A DNA stretch of 64,000 bases from Geosiphon pyriformis uo1. Its lineage: Eukaryota > Fungi > Glomeromycota. The notes under the pieces are model-generated. The model searched no databases. It saw only the letters and a program-made list of their open reading frames with translations, and was not told where the DNA came from. Positions 51,082 through 63,100 of this stretch are shown here, in pieces; the stretch's first letter is position 1; each line of letters begins with the position of its first letter. The stretch covers positions 62,001-126,000 of the forward strand of contig JAAOMT010000275.1 in assembly GCA_016748015.1 (NCBI GenBank), in the 5' to 3' direction. The position numbers and the translations under genes are program-made.

Positions 51082-52467
51082 ATGAACCCCGAAAACTACA
51101 ACAATCTCAAACAATATTTAGAGACATTAATAATCCCAACAGATTGGTCCCCAAACAAAAAACATCAGTTACAACAACAAGCCAAACAATATTTTCTACA
51201 CAACAACATTATCTATCATCGAAATTTCAAAAACCCAACCAAACCACTCAGATTAATACAAAAACAGAAAAAAGAGACTATTTTATACAATATGCACACA
51301 GATTCATCATCAGCACACTTCGGAAAAGATAGCACCACCCAAAGAACACTAGAATACTACTTTTGGCCTCAAATGAGAAAAAACATTCACGAATATGTTG
51401 AATCTTGTAATAGTTGTCAAAGAAGAAGAGGAACTCACCCTACAGAACCTTTAAATCCAATCAAAGTTGGACAGCCTTTTGACAAAGTTGGTATCAATTT
51501 AGTTGGACCACTATCTATTACCACTCAAGGAAACCATTATATTGCAGTAGCTGTAGACTATCTTACTAAATGGCCTGAAGCCAGAGCCATTCAATGAGCA
51601 GATGCAAAATCAGTAGCAAATTTCATCTACAAAGACATCATTTGTAGATATAGATGTCCAATTGAACTTTTATCCGATCAGGGAACACACTTTGTAAACA
51701 ATCTGATACAAAAAATTTGTGAACGATTCAATGTCAAAAAACCTTTGTCTTCGCCCTACCATCCACAAACAAATGGACTTGTGGAACGTTTTAACAGAAC
51801 ATTGTGTGAGTCATTAACCAAAGTCTCAACTGATTTTGAGCAAGAATGAGATCTCTTTATTCCATCAGTGTTATTAGCATATAGAACATTAAAACAAAAT
51901 ACCATGAAACACACACTATTTGATTTAACTTATGAAAGGACAGCAATGTTACCAATTAGTTTCACAGTGGAAACATACCCAGCACAACCGATCGATGAAA
52001 ACAATTTCCAAGAAACGCTTCAGCAAAGAGCCTACACTCTGCTTAGCACATTGGAAGGAAAACAATGAATAGCAGCCACCCATATTGAACACTCCCAAGC
52101 TCAACAAAAAGAATGGCATGATGACAAATTGCCTTCAGTCACCAATAAATTCAAAATTGGAAACAAAGTTCTCTTACACAGAACTAAAGCTAAAAAACAA
52201 TGGAATGGAAAATTTGAAAATAAATGGGATGGACTATTCTTTATTCATGAAGTCCTAGGCAATGGATCATACAAGCTAAGACTTGATGACAAAATCTTAG
52301 CAAAAGTTGCACATGGAGATCATTTGAAACACTATCATTCCAGAAACAATCCTGAACCATTAATTTCACAAATTGGTACACATTCTCTTTTGGTCAGTCC
52401 CGAAGATATTCTCTGAAACTTAGAACCAATAGTTGTCATTGAACAACCTTCCAACCTGAACACTTAA
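51082..52467 (+). pseudogene. Integrase, separate ORF
   Basis: MNPENY..., HHCC, GINLVGP, SDQG, NGLVERFN and KWDGLF..YKL. No chromodomain. Confidence 0.92.
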
Positions 52468-52773
52468 TTTAATTTTACTAGTTATTCTCTTATAATTTAG
52501 AAACAATCTCACAAAAACAAAACAAAAATAACATAAAAACCCATACACCAAAAATAATTTTTTATTTTTTTCAATTGCTTATAATGACTATTCCTCAAAA
52601 CATTTAACAATTATCCCAAAAACTAATGTTAGCTTTAAAAACAATACCTGAATTATCCATTACTGTTACTGGAAACCACATAAATTATACCCAAACAGAA
52701 GTAGTTACAAATTTAGCCCCAAATTCACGAAAATATCACCCATATAAAAAGAACACAAGAAGTTATACTGGAA

Positions 52774-52792
52774 AGATGTGTATAAGAGACAG
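52774..52792 (+). other. Tn5 mosaic end / Nextera adapter (assembly artefact)
   Basis: Exact 19-mer AGATGTGTATAAGAGACAG at a chimeric junction; translates to the tell-tale MCIRDS / CLLYTS / MYKRQ peptides. Confidence 0.97.
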
Positions 52793-53593
52793 CTTAAATA
52801 CTTCAACAACGGACAAGGAATAAAACCTAAAAAAGCACACGAAATTGATACTGTATATGACCTAAGATATCCAGGCAAGGATACTCTTGTTCTCAAACCC
52901 AAATCTCTCACAAAAATCAACCTCAAAATTGCACTTGAAATCCCACCAGGAGCAATGGTTCAAATCACCTCTCGGTCTTCTCTGGCAAGCAAAGAAATCA
53001 ATGTCAAAGGAGGAATAATCAATGCTGAATATACTGGAGACATAACAGTGATGTTTCAAAATGAGACTGACAAACCATTCAAGATCGAACATGCTGAAAA
53101 AATTGCCCAAGCTATTTACCTACCCTTAATTAACATTTCGGGTTTGCAACTAGTCAATCAAAAAGAACAATTAAGAAAATTTGAAAATAAATGAGATGGA
53201 CTATTCTTTATCCATGAAGTCCTAGGCAATGGATCATACAAGTTAAGACTTGATGACAAAATTCTAGCAAAAGTTGTACATGGAGATTGTTTGAAACACT
53301 ATCATTCCAGAAACAATCCTGAACCATTAATTTCACAAATTGGTACACATTCTCTTTTGGTCAGTCCCGAAGATATTCCCCAAAACTTAAAACCAATAGT
53401 TGTCATTGAACAACCTTCCAACCTGAACACTTAATTTAATTTTACTAGTCATTCTCTTATAATTTAGAAACAATCTCACAAAAACAAAAACAAAAATAAC
53501 ATAAAAACCCATACACCAAAAATAATTTTTTATTTTTTTCAATTGCTTATAATGACTATTCCTCAAAACATTTAACAATTATCCCAAAAACTA

Positions 53594-54271
53594 ATGTTAG
53601 CTTTAAAAACAATACCTGAATTATCCATTACTGTTACTGGAAACCACATAAATTATACCCAAACAGAAGTAGTTACAAATTTAGCCCCAAATTCACGAAA
53701 ATATCACCCATATAAAAAGAACACAAGAAGTTATACTGGAATTCACCTGCCAGAACTTTCAAAGCTTGCTTTAAGAGAAAACCTAATGCTCACTCTGATT
53801 AGTATTCCACCAAATGCTACAATTCAACAAAAACTTCAACTGTATCTCAATGAAGAAAACACTGAATATCCTCCAATCTATAGATATTTTCACATTGGAA
53901 AAACACTCTACGAACGGAAACTGGAACTTACAACAGCAAACCTCACAAAAGAAACTATTCAGAAACAACTCCACAACGTATTCAAGACAACAGCTGGATC
54001 AACAAACAGTTGCTACAGGCTTAGAGCTGCTCTTAGACTTTATGACCTATTCCACACCTGTGAAAATGTATTACAAAACCCAATTTTTCAACCTTTGAAG
54101 ATTCAATACATTGGAAAGCTCACAGAACTGAAATTTCAGCAATTTTCAGACCAAATTTCTTCAATAATTTTGGATTATTATCTGGAAATAACAGACAGTA
54201 CTTGGACTTCGATGGAGCTCAGTCTTGAGGAGGAGGTTATGTTACCAGACAAAATTAGAGATATCATTTAG
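53594..54271 (+). CDS. Extra 3' ORF (ORF3) of family A, 225 aa, unknown function
   Basis: An open frame after integrase, conserved in copy 1. It crosses the PPT and ends 32 nt inside the 3' LTR. An upstream in-frame ATG at 53552 is separated from it by a TAA. Confidence 0.75.
   Translation: MLALKTIPELSITVTGNHINYTQTEVVTNLAPNSRKYHPYKKNTRSYTGIHLPELSKLALRENLMLTLISIPPNATIQQKLQLYLNEENTEYPPIYRYFHIGKTLYERKLELTTANLTKETIQKQLHNVFKTTAGSTNSCYRLRAALRLYDLFHTCENVLQNPIFQPLKIQYIGKLTELKFQQFSDQISSIILDYYLEITDSTWTSMELSLEEEVMLPDKIRDII
54227..54236 (+). promoter_or_regulatory. Polypurine tract
   Basis: GAGGAGGAGG 3 nt before the 3' LTR. Confidence 0.85.
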
Positions 54272-55706
54272 CATGAAATTATCTCATAATTCCTATCATT
54301 AATTAGCATATATTATCATTTCAAATTATCACTTATTACATTAGCAAAGAATGTCCGAAATTATCATTTAATTAATAACCCAAATTGTACACAACACAAA
54401 TGTAACCTAATTGTAATAATCAATCATGCAATACCCCGAACTATGTAACATTCAAAAGTTTGCCAAAATTTATAGAAATTTGCTGAAATAATTGATAGTT
54501 CACTGAAATATCTAATAGTTCATAGAAATAACTTGTAGTTCGCCGAAATGTATCTTTAGTTCAGCGAAATTGTAGAAAATAGCAAAGTTTAAGTTCATAG
54601 AATAGTATTATGACAAGTTGTATAAAAGAAGAGCTTCTCTTTTCAAGAAAATGTATCTTACTTTAGATTTATTTCTTAAAACCATTCCTATACACACAAA
54701 AAGAAATAAATATCAAATAATTTGAAAAACCAAATTCTTTAATTATTGTACTTGGAAAATCTCCAAAACCCAACTAACATTTCGAAATTGATTAGCTACC
54801 AATTTCAGTAAACTGTTAGNNNNNNNNNNNNNNNNNNNNNNNNNNNNNNNNNNNNNNNNNNNNNNNNNNACTTTTCTAATTCTCACAATAAAGCTTTTAT
54901 CAATTAGTAACAACGTGAATAATCTTGATCAAGAATTATTCTTCCAAGGGATTCAGTTGATGAATAATAGTTTCATTCAATAAATAATACAAGTAAGTTT
55001 CTTAATACTTTGGGTTGTAATAGTTCCGTTTTAAATATTCTTTTTCATTTCTTTTTGATTTTTAAAGATTTCTTGGGATATTTAATTTGAAAATATGATT
55101 TAAAGTGGAGTTTGTTGGATAGAATTGGATCTGTTGCTTGATAAGTTATGATTTTTTATTACTTGATTGATTATTTCCCAATATTAAAACTACTGTATAT
55201 ATACATGTTTGTAGTTCTATGAGAAAATACTTTCTTTTTGATATTTCAACCTGGTGTTTGCTGCTATCACCAGTTGGTGTTGGCTGCTATTGTGAACTGG
55301 TACTTGCCACTATCGCGAGATGGTGTTTGCTATTATGTTAATCATTACCTTTCTAAGATTATTACTGTGCTATATTATGATTGAATAGTTTGTATTATNN
55401 NNNNNNNNNNNNNNNNNNCCTGTAGAAGAGTTGACTTTCACAGCAAAGTAACTACACATTTTTAGTGAGCTTTCAGACGAGCAATTCCTGGAAAAGAGTT
55501 GACGTTTACTACAATGTAACTACATAAAGTAACTGGCAAGGAATTGGCCATTCCACTTATAAGCCTAGCAGTTCAAATTATAGGAGATAATTTGAAGTTA
55601 AAAAAAATTCAGTTACTGGAGGTTCAACCACATCCAGAAAATGTGAATTCACAGCAAATAAGTATTAACAACATTACAGAAAAGAGACCAAAAACCTCCA
55701 GTAACA
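54240..55706 (+). repeat. 3' LTR, family A copy 2 (two N gaps, foreign LTR piece inside)
   Basis: 54240-54819 and 55419-55706 match 44413-44991 and 45110-45398. Confidence 0.9.
54870..55398 (-). repeat. Family B LTR fragment, inverted, between two N gaps
   Basis: Reverse complement of ~20490-21008 with a few differences. Confidence 0.9.
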
Positions 55707-56463
55707 CCAGCAAAAAAAAACTATTTTGTCATTAAATTAAAAACAACAGTAATAATATAAGCTTTTTATTATTTTAATTTATATTTTAAATTCAAAAAAT
55801 TTAATATTATTACTAATAATATTAGATTTAAATAGCTTTAAAATAAAAATTTAAAATTAAATACTAAACAAACTTAATAAACTAAATTTTTTGTAAACTA
55901 TTAATATATTATATACTATAAATTTAAAAAACTATATATAAATATTAATTGTTTCTTTAAAATAAGACAAGATTAAAACTTAAAAGCCAATTAATTCAAT
56001 AATAACAATTAGCAAAACAATAAAACAATAAATTTTAAAAATTATAACAATTTTAAACAATACTTAAAGACACTTATAATACCAAAAACTTGGTTTTCAA
56101 GTAAAAAAACATTAATTACAATACTAACAAAATAATATTTTATATATAATAATATTATTTATTATTAAAATTACAAAAATTCAAACAATCTACTTAGAGT
56201 AATTCAAAAACATAAAAAAAAAACAATTTTATATAACATTTATTCAAACTTTTTATTAGCATATTTCAGAAAAAATAGCACAACTCAAAAAACACTAAAA
56301 CATTAATTTTGGTCTAAAATAAAAAAATATTTATTAATATATCGAATTTTATAATAATTTTCAAAAAAAAAATATGTCTTACAAAACTCTTAAATTTAAT
56401 TAAAATTAAACAATTTTTTGATCAAGTTGGTATTAATTTAGTCAAATTATTATCTATTATAAT

Positions 56464-57356
56464 TGTTACCAGCCGAAATTTAAGATATTAATTAACATAA
56501 AATTATCTCTATAATTTCTATTATTAACTAACATATATTATTATTTTAATTTATTACTTATTATATTATCAAATTATATGAATTATTATTTAATTAATAA
56601 CCTAATTTATACAGAACACAAATATAACTAAATTGTAATAATCAAATTATATAATAGAACTATATAATATTTAAAATTCGCCAAAATAATTAGTAATTTG
56701 ACAAAATATTCAAAAATTTACTGAAATAATATATAGTTTATAGAAATAACTTGTAGTTTAATAAAATATATCTTGAGTTTGCCAAAATATTAAAAAAAAA
56801 GTGCTAGATTATAGAATAATACTATAACTAGTTGTATAAAAAAAAAGCTTTTTTTTTTGAGAAAATATATCTTCTATTAAATATTTTAATTATTGTTATT
56901 TTTAAATTAATTTTTTTTATACTACTATTTTAAAATTGATTAGCTACTAATTTTAGTAATTGTTAACAACATTTAGATCAGAATTTAAAATAATTTTTTA
57001 ATATATTTTTATTTTTTTTTTCTTTAGTTTATTTTTTTATATTTTATATTATTAAATAACTTATAGTTAAGATTTTCTGTAAAGAAATTGGCTTTTACAG
57101 CAAAATAACTACATATATTTTTAAAAAGCTTATAAATAAAATTTTTTGTAAAAAAATTAACTTTTACTGCAAAGTAACTATAAAAAAAATTGGCACAAAA
57201 TTGGTCATTTTATTATAAATCCAATAATATATATAGTTTAAAGTATAGAAATATACTTTAAAAAAAAATTAGCTTACCAATTTTTAGCAACAGCAAAATT
57301 AACAGCAAAATAGCATTAACAATATTGAGAAAAAAACAAAAAAATCTTTGATAATA
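56464..57356 (+). repeat. Old solo LTR related to family A
   Basis: Starts TGTTACCAG and is collinear with the family A LTR (20-bp array remnants, GTATAAAA, ATTAGCTAC, CAAAGTAACTA). Ends GATAATA (decayed GGTAACA). TAAT flanks both sides. Confidence 0.85.
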
Positions 57357-58392
57357 TAATTTAAAAAAACCAATATATTATAATTATAGTAGATTATTTA
57401 ACAAAATAGCCAAAAACAAAAACAATTTAACAAACAAACATAAAATTAATAACAAATTTCATTTATATAACCATTATTTATAAATATAAATGGTTAATTA
57501 AACTTTTATTCAATTAAAAAACATATTTATAAACAATTTAATACAAAAAATTTGTAAATAATTTAATATTAAAAGACTTTTATATTTGCTTTATTATCTA
57601 TAAACAAATAAATTTGTAGAATAGTTAATAGAATACTTTATAAATTATTAGCCAAAGTTTCAACCAATTTTGAGCAAAAATAAAATATCTTTATTTTATT
57701 AGTGTTATTAATATATAAAACACTAAAAAAATAATAAATTATAGTTACTTATATAAAATATTTCTAAGCTTAACAAAAAAAATAATATAACAACAAATTA
57801 TTATTTATCACTAATAAATTTAATGTTAAAAATAAAGTTTTCTTATATAAAACTAAGACTAAAAAACAATAAAGTAGAAAATTTGATCATAAATAAAATA
57901 AACTATTTTATATTTATAAAATTTTAAAAAATAGATCATACAAGTTAAAACTTAATAATAAGATTTTAAAGAAAATTATACATGATAATAGGTTTAAATA
58001 CTACTACAAATTATTATTTTTACAAAAAAACACAAAAAATTATTTTGGAATTTACTTATCAAAACTCTTAAAGCAAATTTTTGCTTAAAATTTAATATTT
58101 ATTCTTATTAATATTCTACTAAATACCATAATTTAATAAAAATTTTAATAACATTTTAATAAATTCTATTTTTATTATTATTTTTTTTGTTTTATATTAA
58201 CTAATAATTTTTTTAAAATTTGTTTTTAAAATACCAACTTTAAAGCAAAAAAACAATATTAAATATTTTTTCTCTTATTAATCCCCCAGTCACAACAAGA
58301 GCAAAATACTGTCAAAAAAAAAGTTTTTTTCTACTCCCTTTTCTCTTTATATTTTTTCAACTATTTCTTCAGACATATCTTGGAGTAGCAAA

Positions 58393-60114
58393 ATGGAAAG
58401 TAAGGCAAGTAGCATAAGCAGCCTATCTGACTTAGAGAACATGAAAAATACCATCACTAAAGAAACTAGTTATGCCAATTCAGACACTTCTATGGTCAAT
58501 GACATAGAAGACAACACCACTCCCAGGAAAATGCACACTCACACATATGTGTTAGGTCAACCCCCAAAAACTCCTTTGTTTGACATCTTAAGTAATGATA
58601 ATAATATGGTGGCTCTTCTATCTCCTAAGTTTGCAGGCTCCAAAAAATTACACTCTGTTGGGTCACATGTATCAGAAAAGTGTATTTTTAATCCTGTTAA
58701 GTCATTCATATTGGATATTGAAATTTCTGCCTTGCCTGGCAAAACTATTGGTAACAAGTTGATTACTGTGAAAAAAATTTTCTATTGGGTTGACAGTTTT
58801 GGGGGTGCATCTGCTCCTTTAAAACTTTCAGACATCATTAGATCTTCTTTTATTTCCGAGTTGAGTTTAATCAAGGCAAAGAAAATGGCAATTAGTGAAA
58901 AAATTCTGGTAAATATTGATGTTAGAAAACCAAACAGCCATTCAAATTGGGAAGTAATAGTCAAGAAGATCCTAGTGGATCTTTCCAAATTGGCGATTGA
59001 ATCAGTATTTTCTAAGTTTGGTTAAGTGACTTCAATTAAGATGCAATTGATTGGGCTTTAGTAAAAAACTTTAGTAGAATTTAAGTCATTAGATGTGGCT
59101 AGCTCAGTTGCTTCCAAATGGTCAGTTCTTATGAATAAGGATTTTGTTCGTGTTGCATTAGCAATAAATAACAAAGAATTATGGGTGGTTAGGGATTATC
59201 ATTGGACTTTGTTGTACACACTTTCAGTTGGCACTACTGTTCATAATTTGTCAGATTTAGTGACCTCTTATGGTAGAAAAACTTGCTTTATTGGCCATAA
59301 TTCTGTTTTATATGCTCGTGATAGATGTGTAGTAATCTGTTTTAATAATGAGACATCTAGATTGGCTGCTATTGGTTTTGTTCTGGTTTATAAGGGTGTA
59401 AATTTGCACTGGACTGGTCTTTCTTTGGCTTGCTGTGCCAAGTGTAAACAATTTGGTCATATTTCTGATATGTGTTCAGTTGGCAAGAATTCTGGAGTCC
59501 ATCATAGAAAGATGGTGTCTTCTCAAGATCAGATCCGTTTGGCTAATATTTATAAGAAGAAACAGGTTCCAGTTGCCTGCCCAATGTTTTTTGGTGGAAA
59601 ATCTTGGGCTCAAGTTGCAGATGGTTCTCCTTTTTGTGTGTCTTTGTCAGTTCTCTCTGGTGCTGGTTTGCTTTTAAGTACAAAACTTTTGGTAATGGCT
59701 TTTAATCCTTTTGATGATTCTGGTTTAGCCAAATGTTTAGTTTCTTTGGAGTGCTCCTTAGAGCTTTTGTCAGATCAGGTTTCAGATATTTTAAAAAAAT
59801 TGAACCTTGTGAATTTGGTGCCAATGTCATCGCTGTTTTGTACTTCCCCTTCTCTTGTTGCTCCTTCTTTGGATTCAGCTTTAGATTTAAATATGGCTGT
59901 TAATAGTATAGTGATGCCCTCTTCTTCTTCTCTTTTATTGGTTGATAAAGCTGCCCCTGAACTGAGTCTAAGCAGTTCAAAAGTGCTTACCACCAAAGTG
60001 GGTGGTTTGGAATCAAAGATGTTGGCTCTGGAGATTTCAGTCAGTTTGGTTTTGGAGAGATTGGACTCTTTATGTTCTGGTTTGGGTTTATTAGCTCCTC
60101 ATCCATCTCAATGA
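58393..60114 (+). pseudogene. LINE E ORF1 (N-terminus deleted)
   Basis: EVIVKKILVDL..FSKFG, CAKCKQFGHISDMC and LESKMLALE. Confidence 0.87.
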
Positions 60115-63100
60115 TCAGTCTAGTTTGGAAAATTGCTACTTGCAATGTTTGGGATATGAATAATCCTGCAAAACAGGAGAATATTATTTATTGGCACAAA
60201 GATATGGGCAATTTGATTTCAATTATTACTAAGACCAAGTTACAGAGCAAGACTTGTCCATGGATTGCTGATAGGTTTAATGGTGTTTGGGTTTTTACTT
60301 CTGGTGTGGACTCTGATAACTTGGGTTCTGGTGTAGCCATTATTATGGACATTTTTCTGGCTTGTTATATGTGTAAAATTTCTGAGATTTCTGGTCAGCT
60401 TCTTTTTGTTAGGCTACTTTTCAAAAACAAACTTTCTGTTTCAATTTTGGGGCTCTATGCTGGTGTTTTTTTGTCAGTTTGGTTTTCCCAAGCTGGTGAA
60501 ATCAACTTTATGATTGCTAAAGCCGTGAATAAATCTTCTTTTGTTGTTTTGGGTGGTGATTTCAATGAAGATGGTTCTCATAAGTGTGCCAGTTTCAGGA
60601 AATGCTTTGATTTTGGTTTGGTTAACTCCTTTGGTGAAAGTTCCCTTGTTAAGACTCTTACTTGGGCCAACTCTCATGGTGTGACTAAAACAATCAACTT
60701 TTTGTTTATCTCTTCGAACTTGGTTAATGCTGTGATGAATCACAATGTGTATGGTGTTGAGGAATTCTTTGATACTGATCATTAGACTGTTTTTATGTCT
60801 GTGGGTTTGGGTGAACTTTTGGATGTGCAGTTGAACTCTATTTGCAAGCAAACAAACATGGATCAGTGGAAGTTTGATTTCAAAGGTGCTGATGTTAATA
60901 AGTGGAAAAAATTTAAAGATGCCATGTTAGCCAATGCTAGGATGCTCTTTGATGAGTTTGATGCTGCTATTAAGCACTCGGATCTGGATGCCATGTGGAA
61001 TGTTTTGTGCAAGATAATGATACTTTTAGCAAATAAAATATTTAAAAAGAAGTGGTTCAAGAATATTGACAGTGTGTTCACCAAAGTTTTTTTGAAGTTT
61101 CATAAGTTGGAGCTTTTGGTTTCGAAAATTGTCAAGGCCTTTTGTGAAGAAAATGTTGCTAGTTTTGTCTCTTTTATGAAGTGCTGGAACTCTATGGACA
61201 GTATTAAAACCTCAGTTGTTTAGGATCTCATTGACTCTGGTGCAGCCTCTAATCATGTTCACTCAGTTTTCTCTGGTATTAGAAGTCTTATCATGTGTTC
61301 AAGCTTGCTGAATTTTTGGCAATTAAGGAAGCAAACATTAGAGCTGCTATAGATAAGAGGATAGAAAGTTTCAAGATAAATAAGGGTCATATTATCAGGA
61401 ATGTTCTGGAGTGCCCTTTCCACAAAGTGGTTTTGGACCATCTGGTAGTTGATAATGAGCTTATTTTGGAGTCTGATTCAGTTAAATCTAAAGTGGATGT
61501 CATTATGGAAGGTTAGACTAGGAAGCATAGTGTGGTTGCTAATGTCTCTGATATTTGGCCTCGTCAATATCAGCTATTGGACTATGTTTTTAATGAAGCC
61601 TTTTCTGGTGTCATGAGTTCAGTTAAGTTTAGTGAGCTGCTTGATGTGATTTCCAATCTGCCTGATGGCAAAGCTGCTGGTTTCTTGGGTATTACAAACA
61701 AGCTTTGGAAACATTGTGACAAGTTGATTCTGAATATGCTTTTAGTGCTTTTAAACTTTTGCTTATCTTCCAAATCAGTGCTCAGACCTTGGGTGGAAGC
61801 TTGGGTCTCAATGATTCCTAAATCATATGAGTGAAAAGGTATTCTTATGAATACCCACCCTATTGTTTTAATTGAAACAGCTTGTAAAATCCTTTCTAAG
61901 ATTCTTTCTAATAGGATTTTTTTGGCATGCAGCTTATTTGACATTTTTTGTGGGGACAATTTTTCAGTTTTAAAAGATATGACAACTCAGTCTTCTATTT
62001 TTGCAGTTAAATCAGTAGTTGAGGATGTATTGAAAAAAAATCGAGAACTCTGATTGGTTTTGCAGAATATGCAGAAAGCATATGATTCAGTTGGCTGGGA
62101 ACATCTCAAGAAAAGTTTGGTCAGGATCAAGATGTGTGGTAAGTTTATTTGGTTTTTTGGTAGTATTCATAAAAATTGTACCAACAGGGTGATAACAGAC
62201 TTTGGACTGACAAATGGTTATTGTGTGCATGATAGTTTGGACCAAGAGGAGATTTTTTCTTCTCTCTTATAATGTATATTTTATGATCCTCTACTATGCA
62301 AAGTCAAGAGACAAGAAAGCATGTGTGGTTATAAGTTAAGTTCTTATTTTATTTCAAGAAATAGTTGTGCTGAGTACCAGGCTGGGCTCTCTTCTTTTTT
62401 TGCTGCTGGTGTTTTCATTGATGATACAATTTGGATTGGTAGTAGTCAGGCAGCTACTCAATACATTTTAGATGTTGCAAGTGAATTTTTTTAGATAAAT
62501 GATATTTCTATTAATAACAACAAGACAGTGGCTATTCCTATCAATTGCAGAATCAGCACTCCTTCTCTTTCTATTAGTGGCTTGCCAATCTCCATTGCCA
62601 AAAAGGGTGAATCTCATCAATATTTGGGTATTTTTCTTTCAACTAAAGGTCTCTCAAAACCTAATTTGGTGAAAACAAATTTAAACGTTCATTTTTTTAC
62701 CAATTTGGTCCTGAAAAAAGCTGTCTCTAATAAGCAGTTCTTATATTTGGTGTTAGTAGTTCTTCATCCTATAGTTAGTTATAGGACTCAGTTTAGCTTT
62801 GTTCTTATTAGTACATACAACAAGTGAGATGCCTTGATACATAAGAGCTTGAAGTTTAAATTTGGCCTACCTCTCAATTTTCTTAGTGATACAATTTATT
62901 ACTCTTCCTTTTATGGTTTGAAATCTTTCTCTCAAGTTTAATCTGAGAGCAAGGTGGCCTTTCTTGTTAGTTTTGCAAATTCGAGTGGCATCCTGGGCTG
63001 CTTGTTTTCTCACAGGTCTCATGACTTGCAGGTTCTGTTTTGGCACCCTGTTCATCTATTGAGTTCTCCTGTGCATATTTGTGTTAGTGCTTCCAATAAC

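Larger units (their letters stand above)
44413..55706 (+). mobile_element. Ty3/gypsy LTR retrotransposon, family A, copy 2 (dUTPase-bearing)
   Basis: LTRs at 44413-45398 and 54240-55706 (gapped), perfect 4-bp TSD CCAG (44409-44412 and 55707-55710), PBS and PPT. Confidence 0.96.

Noticed and set aside
52129-52467. Chromodomain at the integrase C-terminus
   Set aside because: Only the GPF/SH3-like module and a short Pro-rich tail are present, with no aromatic-cage pattern.
52774-52792. Bacterial Tn5/IS50 end suggesting horizontal transfer
   Set aside because: It is the synthetic hyperactive mosaic end used in Nextera libraries, with no transposase or partner end.
53594-54271. ORF3 as an env gene
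   Set aside because: It has no signal peptide, transmembrane helix or furin/fusion motif, and is too short.
6555-57356. All TSD-flanked LTR insertions in the same orientation
   Set aside because: Only four events; compatible with chance.
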